DNA of 59,622 nt from Fimbriimonadaceae bacterium (GCA_040081075.1 JBEBHJ010000014.1:1-59622); one strand, 5' to 3'; shown: positions 29,519-41,403, counted from the stretch's first letter. The notes: a model not told the origin generated them from the sequence alone. Program-made: numbers and translations.

Positions 29519-30126
29519 AGCGAATCCTCATTTTTGTTGGCCCGGCCCTATTGTTGGCTGGGTGTCACTCAGATATGTGGGTGCAACCTCGGGCCGAGAT
29601 TCAGGGCCAGAATGAGCTTTTCCCCGACAAAATGGACTCGCGCATGCCAATAGAGGGCACGGTATCCCGTGGCGCGGTGGAAAAGATATCTCCTTATGCA
29701 ACTGGGTTTGCCGGTGGCAAGCTTGTTAGAGACATCCCCGCTCAACTCGCGATGGATGAGCTTAACCTCAAAACCTATAAGGATTTCATACTACGCGGTC
29801 AGGAGCGATTTGAAATTTTCTGCCAGCACTGCCATGGTCAACTTGGCGATGGGCAAGGCATGATCGCTCAGCGTGGCCTCAGCCTTAAGCGAACAGTCGC
29901 GACTTACCATACAGAAAGGCTTCGAAAGATGGCGGTGGGGCACTTCTTTAGCGTGATTGAAAAAGGCCACGGCGTTATGTTTCCGCTTGGAACGAAAGTG
30001 CCGCCAGCTGATCGCTGGGCGATCACAGCCTATATTCGAACTTTGCAGCGCAGCCAGGCTCCGAACGCGACCGTTGCGGCTGAACTCCCGGCCGCGCCCG
30101 TCAACCAACCGGTGATTTCCAGATGA
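29515..30126 (+). CDS. actE: Alternative Complex III subunit ActE, monoheme cytochrome c lipoprotein
   Basis: Lipobox 'LLLAGC' and a single 'CQHCHG' heme site. Confidence 0.75.
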   Translation: MKRILIFVGPALLLAGCHSDMWVQPRAEIQGQNELFPDKMDSRMPIEGTVSRGAVEKISPYATGFAGGKLVRDIPAQLAMDELNLKTYKDFILRGQERFEIFCQHCHGQLGDGQGMIAQRGLSLKRTVATYHTERLRKMAVGHFFSVIEKGHGVMFPLGTKVPPADRWAITAYIRTLQRSQAPNATVAAELPAAPVNQPVISR

Positions 30127-31328
30127 CGACAGAGACAACAAATCAAATCAGTTTTAAGAAGCTGGCCCCACTAGGCGGCGCGGTTGCTCTTCTCGGGGGA
30201 ATCGCGTGGGCTGCCGGTTTCGGATCGAATTCTGTTCTGGCCATTCAGGGCTATTTATTTGCGTGGGTGTTCTGGGCGTTAATTGTCCTAGGTTGTCTCG
30301 GCCTCACGTGTTTGCACCACACCCTCCGAGCAAGCTGGGGCCTGTCGATTTTGAGGCTCGCTGAAGCTGGAAGCAGCCCTTTGACGCTTGGTGTTACCGC
30401 CGTTGCGTTCGCTCCGGTTTTACTTAATCTCGACAAGCTTTTCTGGTGGGCCAAACCCGGGATTCATTCCGAGCACCATCCCGCTTACATGGGATTCAGG
30501 TTGCTCTATTTGAATCCTGGCTTCTTCATCGGTCGATTTGTTCTTTATTTTGCCATTTGGGCGATTATGAGCCATATCATGCGGTCGTCCTCGCGCAAGC
30601 AGGATGAGACGCTGGACCCCGAGCTTGGCGTCAAGCGCCACACGACAGGCCCCGTTTGTTTGGTCATTTTCTTTGTGACTATGACATTTGCGATCACCGA
30701 CTGGGTGATGTCACTTGAAAGACTGTGGTTCTCGACGATTCTGCCCCTGCTTTCTTGTGTTGGAGGCGCGCTTTCGGCGCTCTCACTCTTCTGTTGGTTG
30801 ATCCTGCAAAAGAAGCACCGCGAGCAAGAGCCTTACGCTACCGCGATTACGCCCCAGCTCACAAAGGACCTCGGCAACATGTTGTTCTGCTTAACCATGC
30901 TGTGGCAGTACATGACGCTTTCGCAATATCTCATCACGTATTCGGGTCACCTGCCCGAGGAAGTGCCTTACTACTTGAGCCGAAACGAGCGCGGTTGGGA
31001 GTGGCAAATCACGGCCAACATCCTCCTGCAATTCTTTGTGCCGTTCACGGCACTCCTCGCTCCCCGCACAAAACGATATGCCAAGAACATGATGTGGGTT
31101 GTTGTGATCATCTTCCTCATGAGAATCAGCGACGTCTATTGGACGATCATTCCTTCCATGCGTGGAAAGGAAATGACTTTTGGTCAATCGTTCCTGACTT
31201 GGACGGATTGGGCACCATTTGTCGGGCTCGGCGGGCTTTGGTTCGCGCTGTTCGCCTCTCAAGTACACCAGGCTGCAATCTTGCCTAAACACGATACGAG
31301 ACTTTTGGAGGTGGAGCATGCACACTAA
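30123..31328 (+). CDS. actF: Alternative Complex III subunit ActF (NrfD-like membrane subunit)
   Basis: 401 aa polytopic membrane protein after actE. Confidence 0.7.
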   Translation: MTTETTNQISFKKLAPLGGAVALLGGIAWAAGFGSNSVLAIQGYLFAWVFWALIVLGCLGLTCLHHTLRASWGLSILRLAEAGSSPLTLGVTAVAFAPVLLNLDKLFWWAKPGIHSEHHPAYMGFRLLYLNPGFFIGRFVLYFAIWAIMSHIMRSSSRKQDETLDPELGVKRHTTGPVCLVIFFVTMTFAITDWVMSLERLWFSTILPLLSCVGGALSALSLFCWLILQKKHREQEPYATAITPQLTKDLGNMLFCLTMLWQYMTLSQYLITYSGHLPEEVPYYLSRNERGWEWQITANILLQFFVPFTALLAPRTKRYAKNMMWVVVIIFLMRISDVYWTIIPSMRGKEMTFGQSFLTWTDWAPFVGLGGLWFALFASQVHQAAILPKHDTRLLEVEHAH

Positions 31329-31710
31329 ACATCCTGAAACTGATCCAACCAAGAACTACGACACAACAGACCTGCCAATCCAAGGCGTTCTGAAAGGCAT
31401 GGGTGCGCTGGCGATGATGGCAATAGTTGCCGGGCCGATTAGCTATTTCGTGATGGTCAAACTTGGCGGTCCTGGTGGGAAGTTGCATTTAAGCGGGACG
31501 CCCGATCGTTCTCACGTGTCTCGAGCGAAAATGCCAGACGCCCCAAATCCGATTCTTCAAGACAACGTTACCGCCTCCGCCGATATTCGAAATCTTAGGC
31601 TCAAGGAAACTCGCAAGATGGCCGAAGGATTCGATAATCCAGACACCAAAGAGCATACACTGCCGGTAAGCGAAGCGATAGAAATGGAGGCTGCAAAGAA
31701 AGGAGGCTGA
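31318..31710 (+). CDS. small single-TM protein between actF and SCO1 (possible accessory subunit of ACIII/oxidase), hypothetical
   Basis: The ATG at 31318 overlaps the actF stop. One TM helix 'GMGALAMMAIVAGPISYFVMV'. Confidence 0.4.
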   Translation: MHTKHPETDPTKNYDTTDLPIQGVLKGMGALAMMAIVAGPISYFVMVKLGGPGGKLHLSGTPDRSHVSRAKMPDAPNPILQDNVTASADIRNLRLKETRKMAEGFDNPDTKEHTLPVSEAIEMEAAKKGG

Positions 31711-32567
31711 TGAAACTACGTCCCGCCGTCCTCATAACCGCCGCCATTGGCATCCTGGGAGCAGGTGCAATATATCTTGGCGTCTTACTGAAGGCGGATC
31801 AAGGCGATGATCTCACCGCGCAGCTTGATCTTAAGCAGAAGCCAAATGCCCAGATCGCCCTAGATACTGTGCTCGTGAATGAGGATGGTAAATCGGTTAA
31901 AGTTGCCGAGCTTTTCAAAGGTCGGCCGATGGTTATCAATCTCATTTTTTACAACTGCCGCAACACTTGTTCCCGCCAACTTGAGGGAGAGCTCCGAGCG
32001 TTCACGAATATGAAAGTTGACAACATCGGAGAGATCTTTGATGTTCTCACAGTTAGTATTCACCCTGAAGAGACGCCTGCGTTGGCGATGGGTAAGAAGC
32101 GCGAACTGTTGAAATACTATCAAGCCGCGCGCCCGCAAGTCGCTCAGCTCGCCTGGGATAACTGGCATTTTATGACGGGCTCGGAAAAGGAAGTCACCAA
32201 ACTAGCACAGTCTCTTGGGATCAAATACACGTACAACAAAGCTAAGGGAACGGTAGTTCATCCCACAGTGCTAACCCTCGCCACTCCCGACGGTCGCATT
32301 TCGAGCTATTTTGAAGGGGATCAGTTCCCGAATCCATTGCTAAGGAACTCAATCCTATTCGCCGGCCAAAAAGGCATCGCTCCGTCTACACTCGTTTCCA
32401 TATTGGGTTGCTTTACGTATGACACCAAGACGGGAAAGACCATGTTTCACGTGCAAAGTGCTACGCAACTATTAGGTGCCCTAACGCTATTAACTATGAT
32501 CGTCTCTATTTTCTCAATGAATAAGCGCTTTAAGCAAGAGCATGCGGAGGGCAACAACCGTGTTTAA
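31710..32567 (+). CDS. SCO1/SenC family copper chaperone
   Basis: N-terminal TM, thioredoxin-like fold with 'CRNTC' (CxxxC). Positioned before the oxidase genes. Confidence 0.75.
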   Translation: MKLRPAVLITAAIGILGAGAIYLGVLLKADQGDDLTAQLDLKQKPNAQIALDTVLVNEDGKSVKVAELFKGRPMVINLIFYNCRNTCSRQLEGELRAFTNMKVDNIGEIFDVLTVSIHPEETPALAMGKKRELLKYYQAARPQVAQLAWDNWHFMTGSEKEVTKLAQSLGIKYTYNKAKGTVVHPTVLTLATPDGRISSYFEGDQFPNPLLRNSILFAGQKGIAPSTLVSILGCFTYDTKTGKTMFHVQSATQLLGALTLLTMIVSIFSMNKRFKQEHAEGNNRV

Positions 32568-32574
32568 CTATCCA

Positions 32575-33572
32575 ATGGCTCCGGAGCAAGCCTCAACGTT
32601 CGGCGCTGAACATGATTTCATTTTCTACTTAATCACAATTTTGACCGTGTTCTTTACGGTTGCGGTCATGGTGTGCGTGCTTTACTTTGCGTTCAAATAT
32701 CGCCGTGGCTCAAAGGCAAATAGAGACAACATTGTTCACCACAGTCAGAAGCTGGAAATCGCGTGGTCCATGCCGCCGCTCATCTTGGGGCTCGTTATCT
32801 TCGGCCTGAGCACGAGCTTATTCGTTAAGGTCCGAGTCCCGCCGAAAGATGCTGCCGAGTTCTTTGTTGTTGGTAAGCAATGGATGTGGCATATTCAGCA
32901 CCCTAGTGGAATCCGCGAAAACAACACGCTGACCATACCGGTTGGGAAGCCAGTCAAATTGACAATGATTTCGCAGGACGTGATCCACGCGTTTTACGTG
33001 CCCGCTTTTCGCACCCAGTACATGGTTATTCCTGGTCGATACACAACTATGTGGTTTAATCCCATAAAGGAAGGCAAGTATCCAATCTTTTGCAACATGT
33101 ACTGCGGAACGCAGCACTCGGAAATGGGAGGTTACGTTTACGTGGTTAGCCAACCGGAGTACGCCGCTTTCGTCGCCCGTGGGGGAGACAAGAAGAAGGA
33201 TCATGTCCAAACCTTGGCCGAGCAAGGGAAGTCTCTCTTTGGCGGAAACACGGGTTCTTTGAACTGCGTCAGCTGCCATGGCGAAAAGGATACGGAGAGG
33301 GGCCCGAGCCTATCTGGAATAGCCGGTTCGATGAGAAAGTTCGCCGATGGTCAATCGGCGCTAGCGGATGACGACTACCTACGCGAATCAATTATTGCTC
33401 CAGAAAAGCGCTTGACTGCAGGTTACGAAGGCACAATGCCTCCAGACTATAAATCTCAGCTTTCCGAAGAACAAATTCGACATCTCATTGAATACATCAA
33501 GACTTTGGGTGTGGCTAAGGCCGCGCCCGTGACCCCTACGACTATGCCAGCCCTTTCTGGAGGAACAAGCAA

Positions 33573-33576
<4 letters not shown>
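32575..33576 (+). CDS. coxB: cytochrome c oxidase subunit II with C-terminal cytochrome c domain (caa3-type)
   Basis: CuA site 'HAFYVP...[12 protein letters not shown]' and a C-terminal 'CVSCHG' heme c. The ORF track starts at 32542, but the ATG at 32575 avoids overlap with SCO1. Confidence 0.85.
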
Positions 33577-35260
<1,684 letters not shown>

Positions 35261-35261
<1 letters not shown>

Positions 35262-35932
35262 TGTCGGCTGAAGCCCACGGTCACGCGAATCATTTGGTCT
35301 ACCACCAGTACGAAGACCTCGAGCAACAGCGCGAGTCTTACATTGTCGGCATGTGGTCGTTCCTCGTCACGGAAATCATGATGTTCGGGGCTCTGTTCCT
35401 CGCGTACATGATCTACCGAATGCAGTATCAGGATCACTTTTACGTGATTCACAAGCAGCTTGACTGGAGAGTGGGTGGCCTAAACACCGTCGTTCTTCTA
35501 TTCTCATCGTTTGCAATGGCGATGGCTGTGTACTACCATCAAGTTAAGCAACCCAAGAAGGTATTCAACTGGTTGATCCTCGTGCAGTTGTGCGCGGCCG
35601 CGTTCCTTGTGATAAAGATTGGGCTTGAGTGGATACCCAAAGCGGGCCACCATCTAACGCCGTTCTACGGAACGTTTGAGTGGCATTACGGCGGGGGCGT
35701 TCCTCCTGAAATAGCAAAGCTCTTCTTTAGTCTTTACTTCGCGATGACCGGTTTGCACGGTTTGCACGTCGTAATCGGAATGATTGTAATAGGAGCGCTC
35801 CAGTGGATGATCCATAAAAAGCACCCTCTCGTTGAAGACTACATTCCTACCGAAATGGTCGGTCTTTATTGGCACTTTGTGGATATCGTTTGGATATTCC
35901 TCTACCCTCTCTACTACTTGATGCCCCAATGA
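35261..35932 (+). CDS. coxC: cytochrome c oxidase subunit III
   Basis: 'WHFVDIVWIFLYP' C-terminal motif and 5 TM helices. Confidence 0.85.
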
Positions 35933-36393
35933 GCGAACATACCCACGAACACCATATCACGCCACCAAGTGCCCTTGCTATCAACTTGGTCAAGTTGGCT
36001 GCCCTCATGGGCCTGACCATTTTGGCGGCAGAAGTTGATTTCGGTCATATGATCTTTAAGGCGGGAGCGGCTGGAACCGTAGTCAACAATGTGGTCGCCA
36101 TGACGATCGCGGTGGTTAAGGCTTATCTGGTCGTTCAGATCTTCATGGGTGTCAAATGGGCGACCCAACTCACCAAAATTTGGGCTTATTTTGGATTCAT
36201 TTGGCTTGCCACGTTGCTGATTACTCTTGGCGACTACACATCTCGCTATTGGGAAGACCATCGCGGATGGTACGCCAACTCGACCGAAGTGACCGCCTTC
36301 CAGAGCGTCGTAGACCAACGCAAGAAAGAACAGCAAGAAGAGTTCGCAAAGGAACACGAAGCCGAAGCGGCCAAGTCCGGCGAAGGACACTAG
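35929..36393 (+). CDS. cytochrome c oxidase subunit IV-like small membrane protein
   Basis: ATGA overlap with the coxC stop, three TM helices, and the usual position of bacterial subunit IV. Confidence 0.5.
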   Translation: MSEHTHEHHITPPSALAINLVKLAALMGLTILAAEVDFGHMIFKAGAAGTVVNNVVAMTIAVVKAYLVVQIFMGVKWATQLTKIWAYFGFIWLATLLITLGDYTSRYWEDHRGWYANSTEVTAFQSVVDQRKKEQQEEFAKEHEAEAAKSGEGH

Positions 36394-36435
36394 CCACTAT
36401 CAAAGGCGGAAACGGGCAAAGGGCGTCCGCTTACT

Positions 36436-37914
36436 CTATTCGCCCTGATTGCTAGAGAACGGACTGCTGTAGTTGGGTGGCTCTTTTGTGATCCAAACAT
36501 CGTGCGGGTGGCTCTCTCTCAATCCTGCGCCGGTGATCTTCATAAACTCTGCCCGCTCTCTTAAATCTGAAAGCGAAGAGGCGCCCACGTAGCCCATTCC
36601 CGACCGCAAACCGCCGACCAACTGCACCATTGTCTCGTTCAGGGGGCCTTTGAAGGGAACTCGCCCTTCTACTCCTTCAGGAACAATCACCGCGCCGGAG
36701 TCCTTGATCTGCATGTATCGGTCGCTAGAGCCCTGCTTCATGGCCGCAACTGATCCCATACCGCGATAGACCTTGTAGGCCCGGTTGCGATAGATTTCCA
36801 TTTCTCCAGGGCTCTCTTCACAACCGGCGAACATGTTGCCCATCATTACACAACTTGCGCCGGCAGCCAGGCACTTCACCACATCGCCCGAAGAGCGAAT
36901 TCCACCGTCAGCAATCGTTGGAATCCCGAGGTCGTGCGCGGCATCGGCGCAATCCTTCACGGCTGTAAACTGGGGAACGCCTACGCCCGCCACAACGCGG
37001 GTCGTACATATCGAGCCCGCTCCAATTCCGATCCGCAACCCATCCGCCCCAAGCTCATGCAGAGCTTTAACGCCCTCTTTGGTGGCGACATTTCCAGCGA
37101 TCACTTTTAGATCGGGAAGCTTGGACTTTAGAAGCTTTACGCACTCCATTACTCCCCGGCTATGACCGTGAGCCGCATCAATTACGACGAAGTCAACTCC
37201 GGCGTCGAGCAGTGCCTTCGACCGCTCATAGGGCTCGCGCAGGGAACCAATGGCCGCACCAACGACCAATCGGCCCTTGGCATCCTTTGTAGAAAACGGA
37301 TGCTGCTTCACTTTCAAAATGTCCTTGATCGTGATCAAGCCCATGAGTTGGCCGCCGCTATCAACAATCGGGAGTTTCTCGATCCGATGCTCGGCGAGCA
37401 TCTTTTCCGCCATATCAAGGGTCGTCCCCACCGCCGCCGTAATCAAGTTTTTAGAAGTCATTCGATCCCGAATCGGCTTCGTAAAATCGGTTTCAAATCT
37501 CAGGTCGCGGTTTGTGAGAATTCCAACGAGGATGCCATCGGCATCAACAATAGGAACACCGCTGATGTGGAAATGCTCCATTAGGTCGAGCGCATCCCGA
37601 ATGCTTTTCTCCGGATTTAACTTGATTGGGTTAGAGATAACGCCGTGCTCGCTTCTTTTGACTCGGTCGACCTGGGTGGCCTGGTCATCAATTGACATAT
37701 TGCGATGCAAAACGCCGACGCCTCCTTCCCGAGCCATAGCGATCGCTAAGCGGGCATCGGTAACCGTATCCATCGGTGCCGAAACGATGGGAGTTCGTAG
37801 CGTGATTCCGGGTAAAAGGGCCGTTGAAATATCAACTTCCGAGGGAAGAATTTGGGTTTCTCGAGGAATGAGTAAAACGTCGTCGAAGCTAAGACCTTCA
37901 CGAAAAGCGGACAT
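36436..37914 (-). CDS. guaB: IMP dehydrogenase
   Basis: 'GIGAGSICTTR' catalytic Cys loop, tandem CBS domains, 'VIAGNV' and 'GMGSVAAM'. Confidence 0.9.
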   Translation of the reverse strand: MSAFREGLSFDDVLLIPRETQILPSEVDISTALLPGITLRTPIVSAPMDTVTDARLAIAMAREGGVGVLHRNMSIDDQATQVDRVKRSEHGVISNPIKLNPEKSIRDALDLMEHFHISGVPIVDADGILVGILTNRDLRFETDFTKPIRDRMTSKNLITAAVGTTLDMAEKMLAEHRIEKLPIVDSGGQLMGLITIKDILKVKQHPFSTKDAKGRLVVGAAIGSLREPYERSKALLDAGVDFVVIDAAHGHSRGVMECVKLLKSKLPDLKVIAGNVATKEGVKALHELGADGLRIGIGAGSICTTRVVAGVGVPQFTAVKDCADAAHDLGIPTIADGGIRSSGDVVKCLAAGASCVMMGNMFAGCEESPGEMEIYRNRAYKVYRGMGSVAAMKQGSSDRYMQIKDSGAVIVPEGVEGRVPFKGPLNETMVQLVGGLRSGMGYVGASSLSDLRERAEFMKITGAGLRESHPHDVWITKEPPNYSSPFSSNQGE

Positions 37915-38002
37915 TGATTCTCCTGTACTTTTCAGTTCATTTTGGCATAAGCAGCCCCCTTCTCGCCGAAGCCATCCCTGTGAAATCCGCTAATATCTGC
38001 AG

Positions 38003-39304
38003 ATGCCTGAAATCGAAGCCGTAGCCGTAGACCTCGGCGCGTCCTCTGCCCGCATTGCCACCGGACGGCTCGAGGGCGGCCGCATACGCTTCGAGATTGT
38101 TGAGCAAGTAACTCATGAGCCGATACATTGGTGCGGGCAACTCACCTGGGATATGGATGCGCTCATGCGCGTTGCTCGTAAAGCCTTGCGACTCGCCCAA
38201 GAGAACGAGGCGACGTTGGCGATTGATTCGTGGGGGGTGGATGTTGGCTTCCTTTCGATGGGGGAGAAGCTGATTCCTTCTCCCGTTTGTTATCGAGATT
38301 TGTCGCATGAACGCGTGTTTCAATCGCTGAAGGAGAGTCGGGATCGAATCTATGGGCTAACCGGCATTCAACATCAGCCCTTCAACACGCTCTACCAGTT
38401 GGTGGCCCGCGCCCAGGATTCGGCTGACTTGCGAAACGCAACCTGGCTGATGATGCCTGACCTGATTTCTTGCCTATTGGGAGCGCCGCCCAACATTGAG
38501 CAGACAAATGCCAGCACCACCCAGCTATGCGGCTTGGACGGCAATTGGTGCGAGGAAATTTTCGATCTCATCGGCTGGCCCATGCCGGAGTTTCGGATTT
38601 CGAACCCAGGGCGCGTGCTGACCGAGTTTGAGGGGGCTCGCATTGTAAGTTGCGCCTCGCACGATACGGCGTCGGCGGTGTTCGGAATGGGGACCCTTAC
38701 CGATGATGTAGCCTTTATGAGCGTGGGCACTTGGTCTTTGATCGGATGTCTGCTCGACGAGCCCAATCTTGCCGACCCGGGATTTACCAACGAGCGCGCC
38801 ATCGACGGGCGGGTTCGCTATCTGGCAAACGTGCCCGGGTTTTACGTGGTGAACCGGGTGCACGAGGAGCTTGGCATCAAAGTGCCGGTCCCGGAGTGGC
38901 TCGCCATGGCAAGGCCCGATCCGGATCAAACCTACCCAAACCTGATGGATCCGAAGTTCTTCAACCCGGTTTCCATGTGCGAAGCACTCGGCGAAACGCA
39001 CGACTTGCCCACGACGATCATCGGCGCTCTATCCCAGACGTCGGCAAGTCAACTCAAAAGGTTGGAACGGAATACGGGGCGCACGTTTTCAAAGATCCGA
39101 GCGGCCGGCGGTGGCTCGGAGAGCGAAGTCTTTTGCCAAAGCCTCGCCAACGCCACCGGAATCCCCGTCGAATCCGGCCCCAAAGAAGCGACCGTACTAG
39201 GCAACCTCGCCTGCCAATTCTGGGCGGAAGGAAAATTAGAATCGTTTCAGTTGGCAAGAGAGGCGATAGATCGCAGTTTTGACATAGGGTGTTTCTGTCC
39301 CTAA
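38003..39304 (+). CDS. FGGY-family carbohydrate kinase, rhamnulokinase-like
   Basis: 'AVAVDLGASSARI', 'IDSWGVDVGFL...VCYRD' and 'CASHDTASAV' resemble RhaB. Confidence 0.6.
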   Translation: MPEIEAVAVDLGASSARIATGRLEGGRIRFEIVEQVTHEPIHWCGQLTWDMDALMRVARKALRLAQENEATLAIDSWGVDVGFLSMGEKLIPSPVCYRDLSHERVFQSLKESRDRIYGLTGIQHQPFNTLYQLVARAQDSADLRNATWLMMPDLISCLLGAPPNIEQTNASTTQLCGLDGNWCEEIFDLIGWPMPEFRISNPGRVLTEFEGARIVSCASHDTASAVFGMGTLTDDVAFMSVGTWSLIGCLLDEPNLADPGFTNERAIDGRVRYLANVPGFYVVNRVHEELGIKVPVPEWLAMARPDPDQTYPNLMDPKFFNPVSMCEALGETHDLPTTIIGALSQTSASQLKRLERNTGRTFSKIRAAGGGSESEVFCQSLANATGIPVESGPKEATVLGNLACQFWAEGKLESFQLAREAIDRSFDIGCFCP

Positions 39305-39373
39305 CGCTATTCTAGCCGTCAAGCGTTGCCTTATTAGTAGACATTTAAAGATCTTTTGCAAAAGTCTATTCGT

Positions 39374-39385
39374 CTTTCTTTCTTT
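39374..39385. repeat. (CTTT)3 tract, short version of the 19526-19557 microsatellite, in a homologous promoter
   Basis: 'TTTTGCAAAAGTCT...CTTTCTTTCTTT-G-CTTATAAT' parallels 19506-19564. Confidence 0.8.
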
Positions 39386-39388
39386 GCT

Positions 39389-39394
39389 TATAAT
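39389..39394 (+). promoter_or_regulatory. TATAAT -10-like box 7 nt upstream of the GTG at 39402
   Basis: Same geometry as copy 1. Confidence 0.3.
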
Positions 39395-39493
39395 AGAGCT
39401 TGTGTTGCGAGCACGCCTAAGCATTTTTACATTTCTGCTGGTTCTTGCTTGTAGGATCATCTGCCAGCCGGCAGGCTGGGGATATAGTTTCCT

Positions 39494-40522
39494 GTGGGCG
39501 GGACTACAATGCCCTTCTACTTCGCAGGGACCAATTGCAGGGGATCGGGCGCGAACTTCGGGTTGCCCATTGAGGCGGCCGAACTCTATATCAGGGATGT
39601 TAATACGAACGAGGTTGAACTCGTCAATTGGTTCGATTCGGATGGCACGAACTACCCTTTGTCGATCGGCTTGAGTGCGATGTTTGATTCGAGCCACTTT
39701 GTCCCAGGTCATTCGGTGAGAATGGAGTTCTGGGTCTATCCCAGAGACTGGGAAGGTGTGCCCCTTCCACCAGGGGAATCAGCGCCTGTTGTGATCAAGA
39801 ATAAGCTCATGATGTTTGAGATTTCCGATCCAAACTTCACGCCCGACCCATCCGTGTTCGTGAATTCGACGATGACGGGTCAAAACTACACGCTTGCTCT
39901 ACACAATGCCGATGGATGGTCGGCCACGACTTATGAAAATGAAATGATCGGAACGAATGCGGTTATGGTGGCAACTCACGGGTACCCGGAAAAGCACGAT
40001 GACGACGCCTCGCACTGGATTTACCACACCTATAACCCTCTCAACTACCTTTCATTCCGCACTACTCAAGTCGGATCACCCGGCCCTTGGGGAGTACTCT
40101 TGCCTCCTTACAATCCAACAACGAACCCTCCCCTCAATTTCGTTCACTTGCTCACGTGCTCATGTGGCACGCAGATTGATCAGTTTGCAACCGGAGCCCT
40201 CTATCCGGGGCGTAACATCTACGTTCCGACGATTGAGGACCAAGCAATCGTCGGCTATGTTCCACTCATTTATATAGCCGATTTACAAACCCACGCAGAT
40301 CTAGTCTGGAACCCGTTAAAGGCTGGAAAGACCGTTGGCAAAATGCGAGAGGCACTACAAGTTTGGCTTGGTTCTCATCCTAATTTTCACGTTATTGGTG
40401 CAACAGGAGACCGCCAAATGGAGATTGCCGACCTTGCGATAGCTGGAGATCCGTTCACTAGGATCAAATCCGTTTTTACTGGTACGCACTCAAATCCAAT
40501 ATCATGGCACCGCCCATTATGA
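39494..40522 (+). CDS. paralog A2 of the secreted Cys-containing protein; signal-peptide-like segment is encoded upstream in another frame (39402..39490)
   Basis: Homology to A1 throughout. The GTG-started frame at 39402 encodes 'VLRARLSIFTFLLVLACRIICQPAGW...' and a TAG at 39485 closes the A2 frame upstream of 39494. Confidence 0.6.
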   Translation: MGGTTMPFYFAGTNCRGSGANFGLPIEAAELYIRDVNTNEVELVNWFDSDGTNYPLSIGLSAMFDSSHFVPGHSVRMEFWVYPRDWEGVPLPPGESAPVVIKNKLMMFEISDPNFTPDPSVFVNSTMTGQNYTLALHNADGWSATTYENEMIGTNAVMVATHGYPEKHDDDASHWIYHTYNPLNYLSFRTTQVGSPGPWGVLLPPYNPTTNPPLNFVHLLTCSCGTQIDQFATGALYPGRNIYVPTIEDQAIVGYVPLIYIADLQTHADLVWNPLKAGKTVGKMREALQVWLGSHPNFHVIGATGDRQMEIADLAIAGDPFTRIKSVFTGTHSNPISWHRPL

Positions 40523-41403
40523 TTACTTCTATTCTCACTACCCTGACAGCATCACTCCAGATCGGACCCGATGAAGCTTTGCGAAAAGCTGGGCAATATG
40601 CACGCGTCCTAGATCGGCCATTTGACGCGACACCTGAATCCGTTGAGCGACATGAGCGCGTCATAAGCGTTTCGTTCGGTGCTGATGAACTCATTGTATT
40701 AACTTTTAGGGGTGATTTGGTAAGTTACAGTCGGCTAGAGCGTGCCTTAGAAGCTGACATTCGCGGCACGCCTCGCTTTAGAAGCGATTCGGATGCCTTC
40801 ATTCGGGCGCAGGAGGTGATGGAACAGTTTGATTGCCCGCCAAACCTAACTCCTCGTTCGGTAGAGTGGCGCCCGTATCCATCTCGAGTTGGATCATTTG
40901 TTAACTCGATTTCGTGCTATTTTGTTCAGAACCCCCACGGTTATGCCACCTCAGTTGGAAACCATATGATTGTTGGATTACACCCCCGAACCGGGCAGGT
41001 TCTTTCGCTCAGTATGCTGGCTGATTGGAACTATGAACAACCCAACATCCGCGTGACCACGAGCGAAGCGCGTGGAATCGCAGAATGGTATCTGGGGCAT
41101 TCAGTCCAGGGGTGGCATACGGACCTTGAGTGGTTCTCACACGACGCTAGCGAGGTGCCTCCAGAAGTAAGGACCCTTTACGCCGCGAAAAAATCTCGCC
41201 TATGCTATTTTGTGAAAAGCGCGGCTGGCGCAGTGGTCATTATTGACTCTACCAACGGAGATGTGGTTAGGCACATGGTGCCCGCAAGCATCCCCTCGCC
41301 GGTGCCGTTTGGGCGGTACTACGCGATTGCAGCGGCCGTATGCCACGCCAGCGGCTTTGCGGCTGTGTCAATGCGCCCGCTTTCTCGATACCGCGTGCGC
41401 TAG
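40519..41403 (+). CDS. paralog B2, PepSY-like domain protein (ATGA overlap with the A2 stop; alternative start 40504)
   Basis: 'NYEQPNIRVTTSEARGIAEWYL' and 'VIIDSTNGDVVRHMVP' parallel B1's 'TYERPNIQITEEQAKAVAIREYGG' and 'VTVDTVKGTLVYKAAP'. Confidence 0.5.
   Translation: MITSILTTLTASLQIGPDEALRKAGQYARVLDRPFDATPESVERHERVISVSFGADELIVLTFRGDLVSYSRLERALEADIRGTPRFRSDSDAFIRAQEVMEQFDCPPNLTPRSVEWRPYPSRVGSFVNSISCYFVQNPHGYATSVGNHMIVGLHPRTGQVLSLSMLADWNYEQPNIRVTTSEARGIAEWYLGHSVQGWHTDLEWFSHDASEVPPEVRTLYAAKKSRLCYFVKSAAGAVVIIDSTNGDVVRHMVPASIPSPVPFGRYYAIAAAVCHASGFAAVSMRPLSRYRVR

Noticed and set aside
36394-36435. Possible terminator between convergent coxD-like gene and guaB
   Set aside because: Only a 5-bp GCGGA/TCCGC stem with a 16-nt loop and no U-tract. 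Too weak to call.
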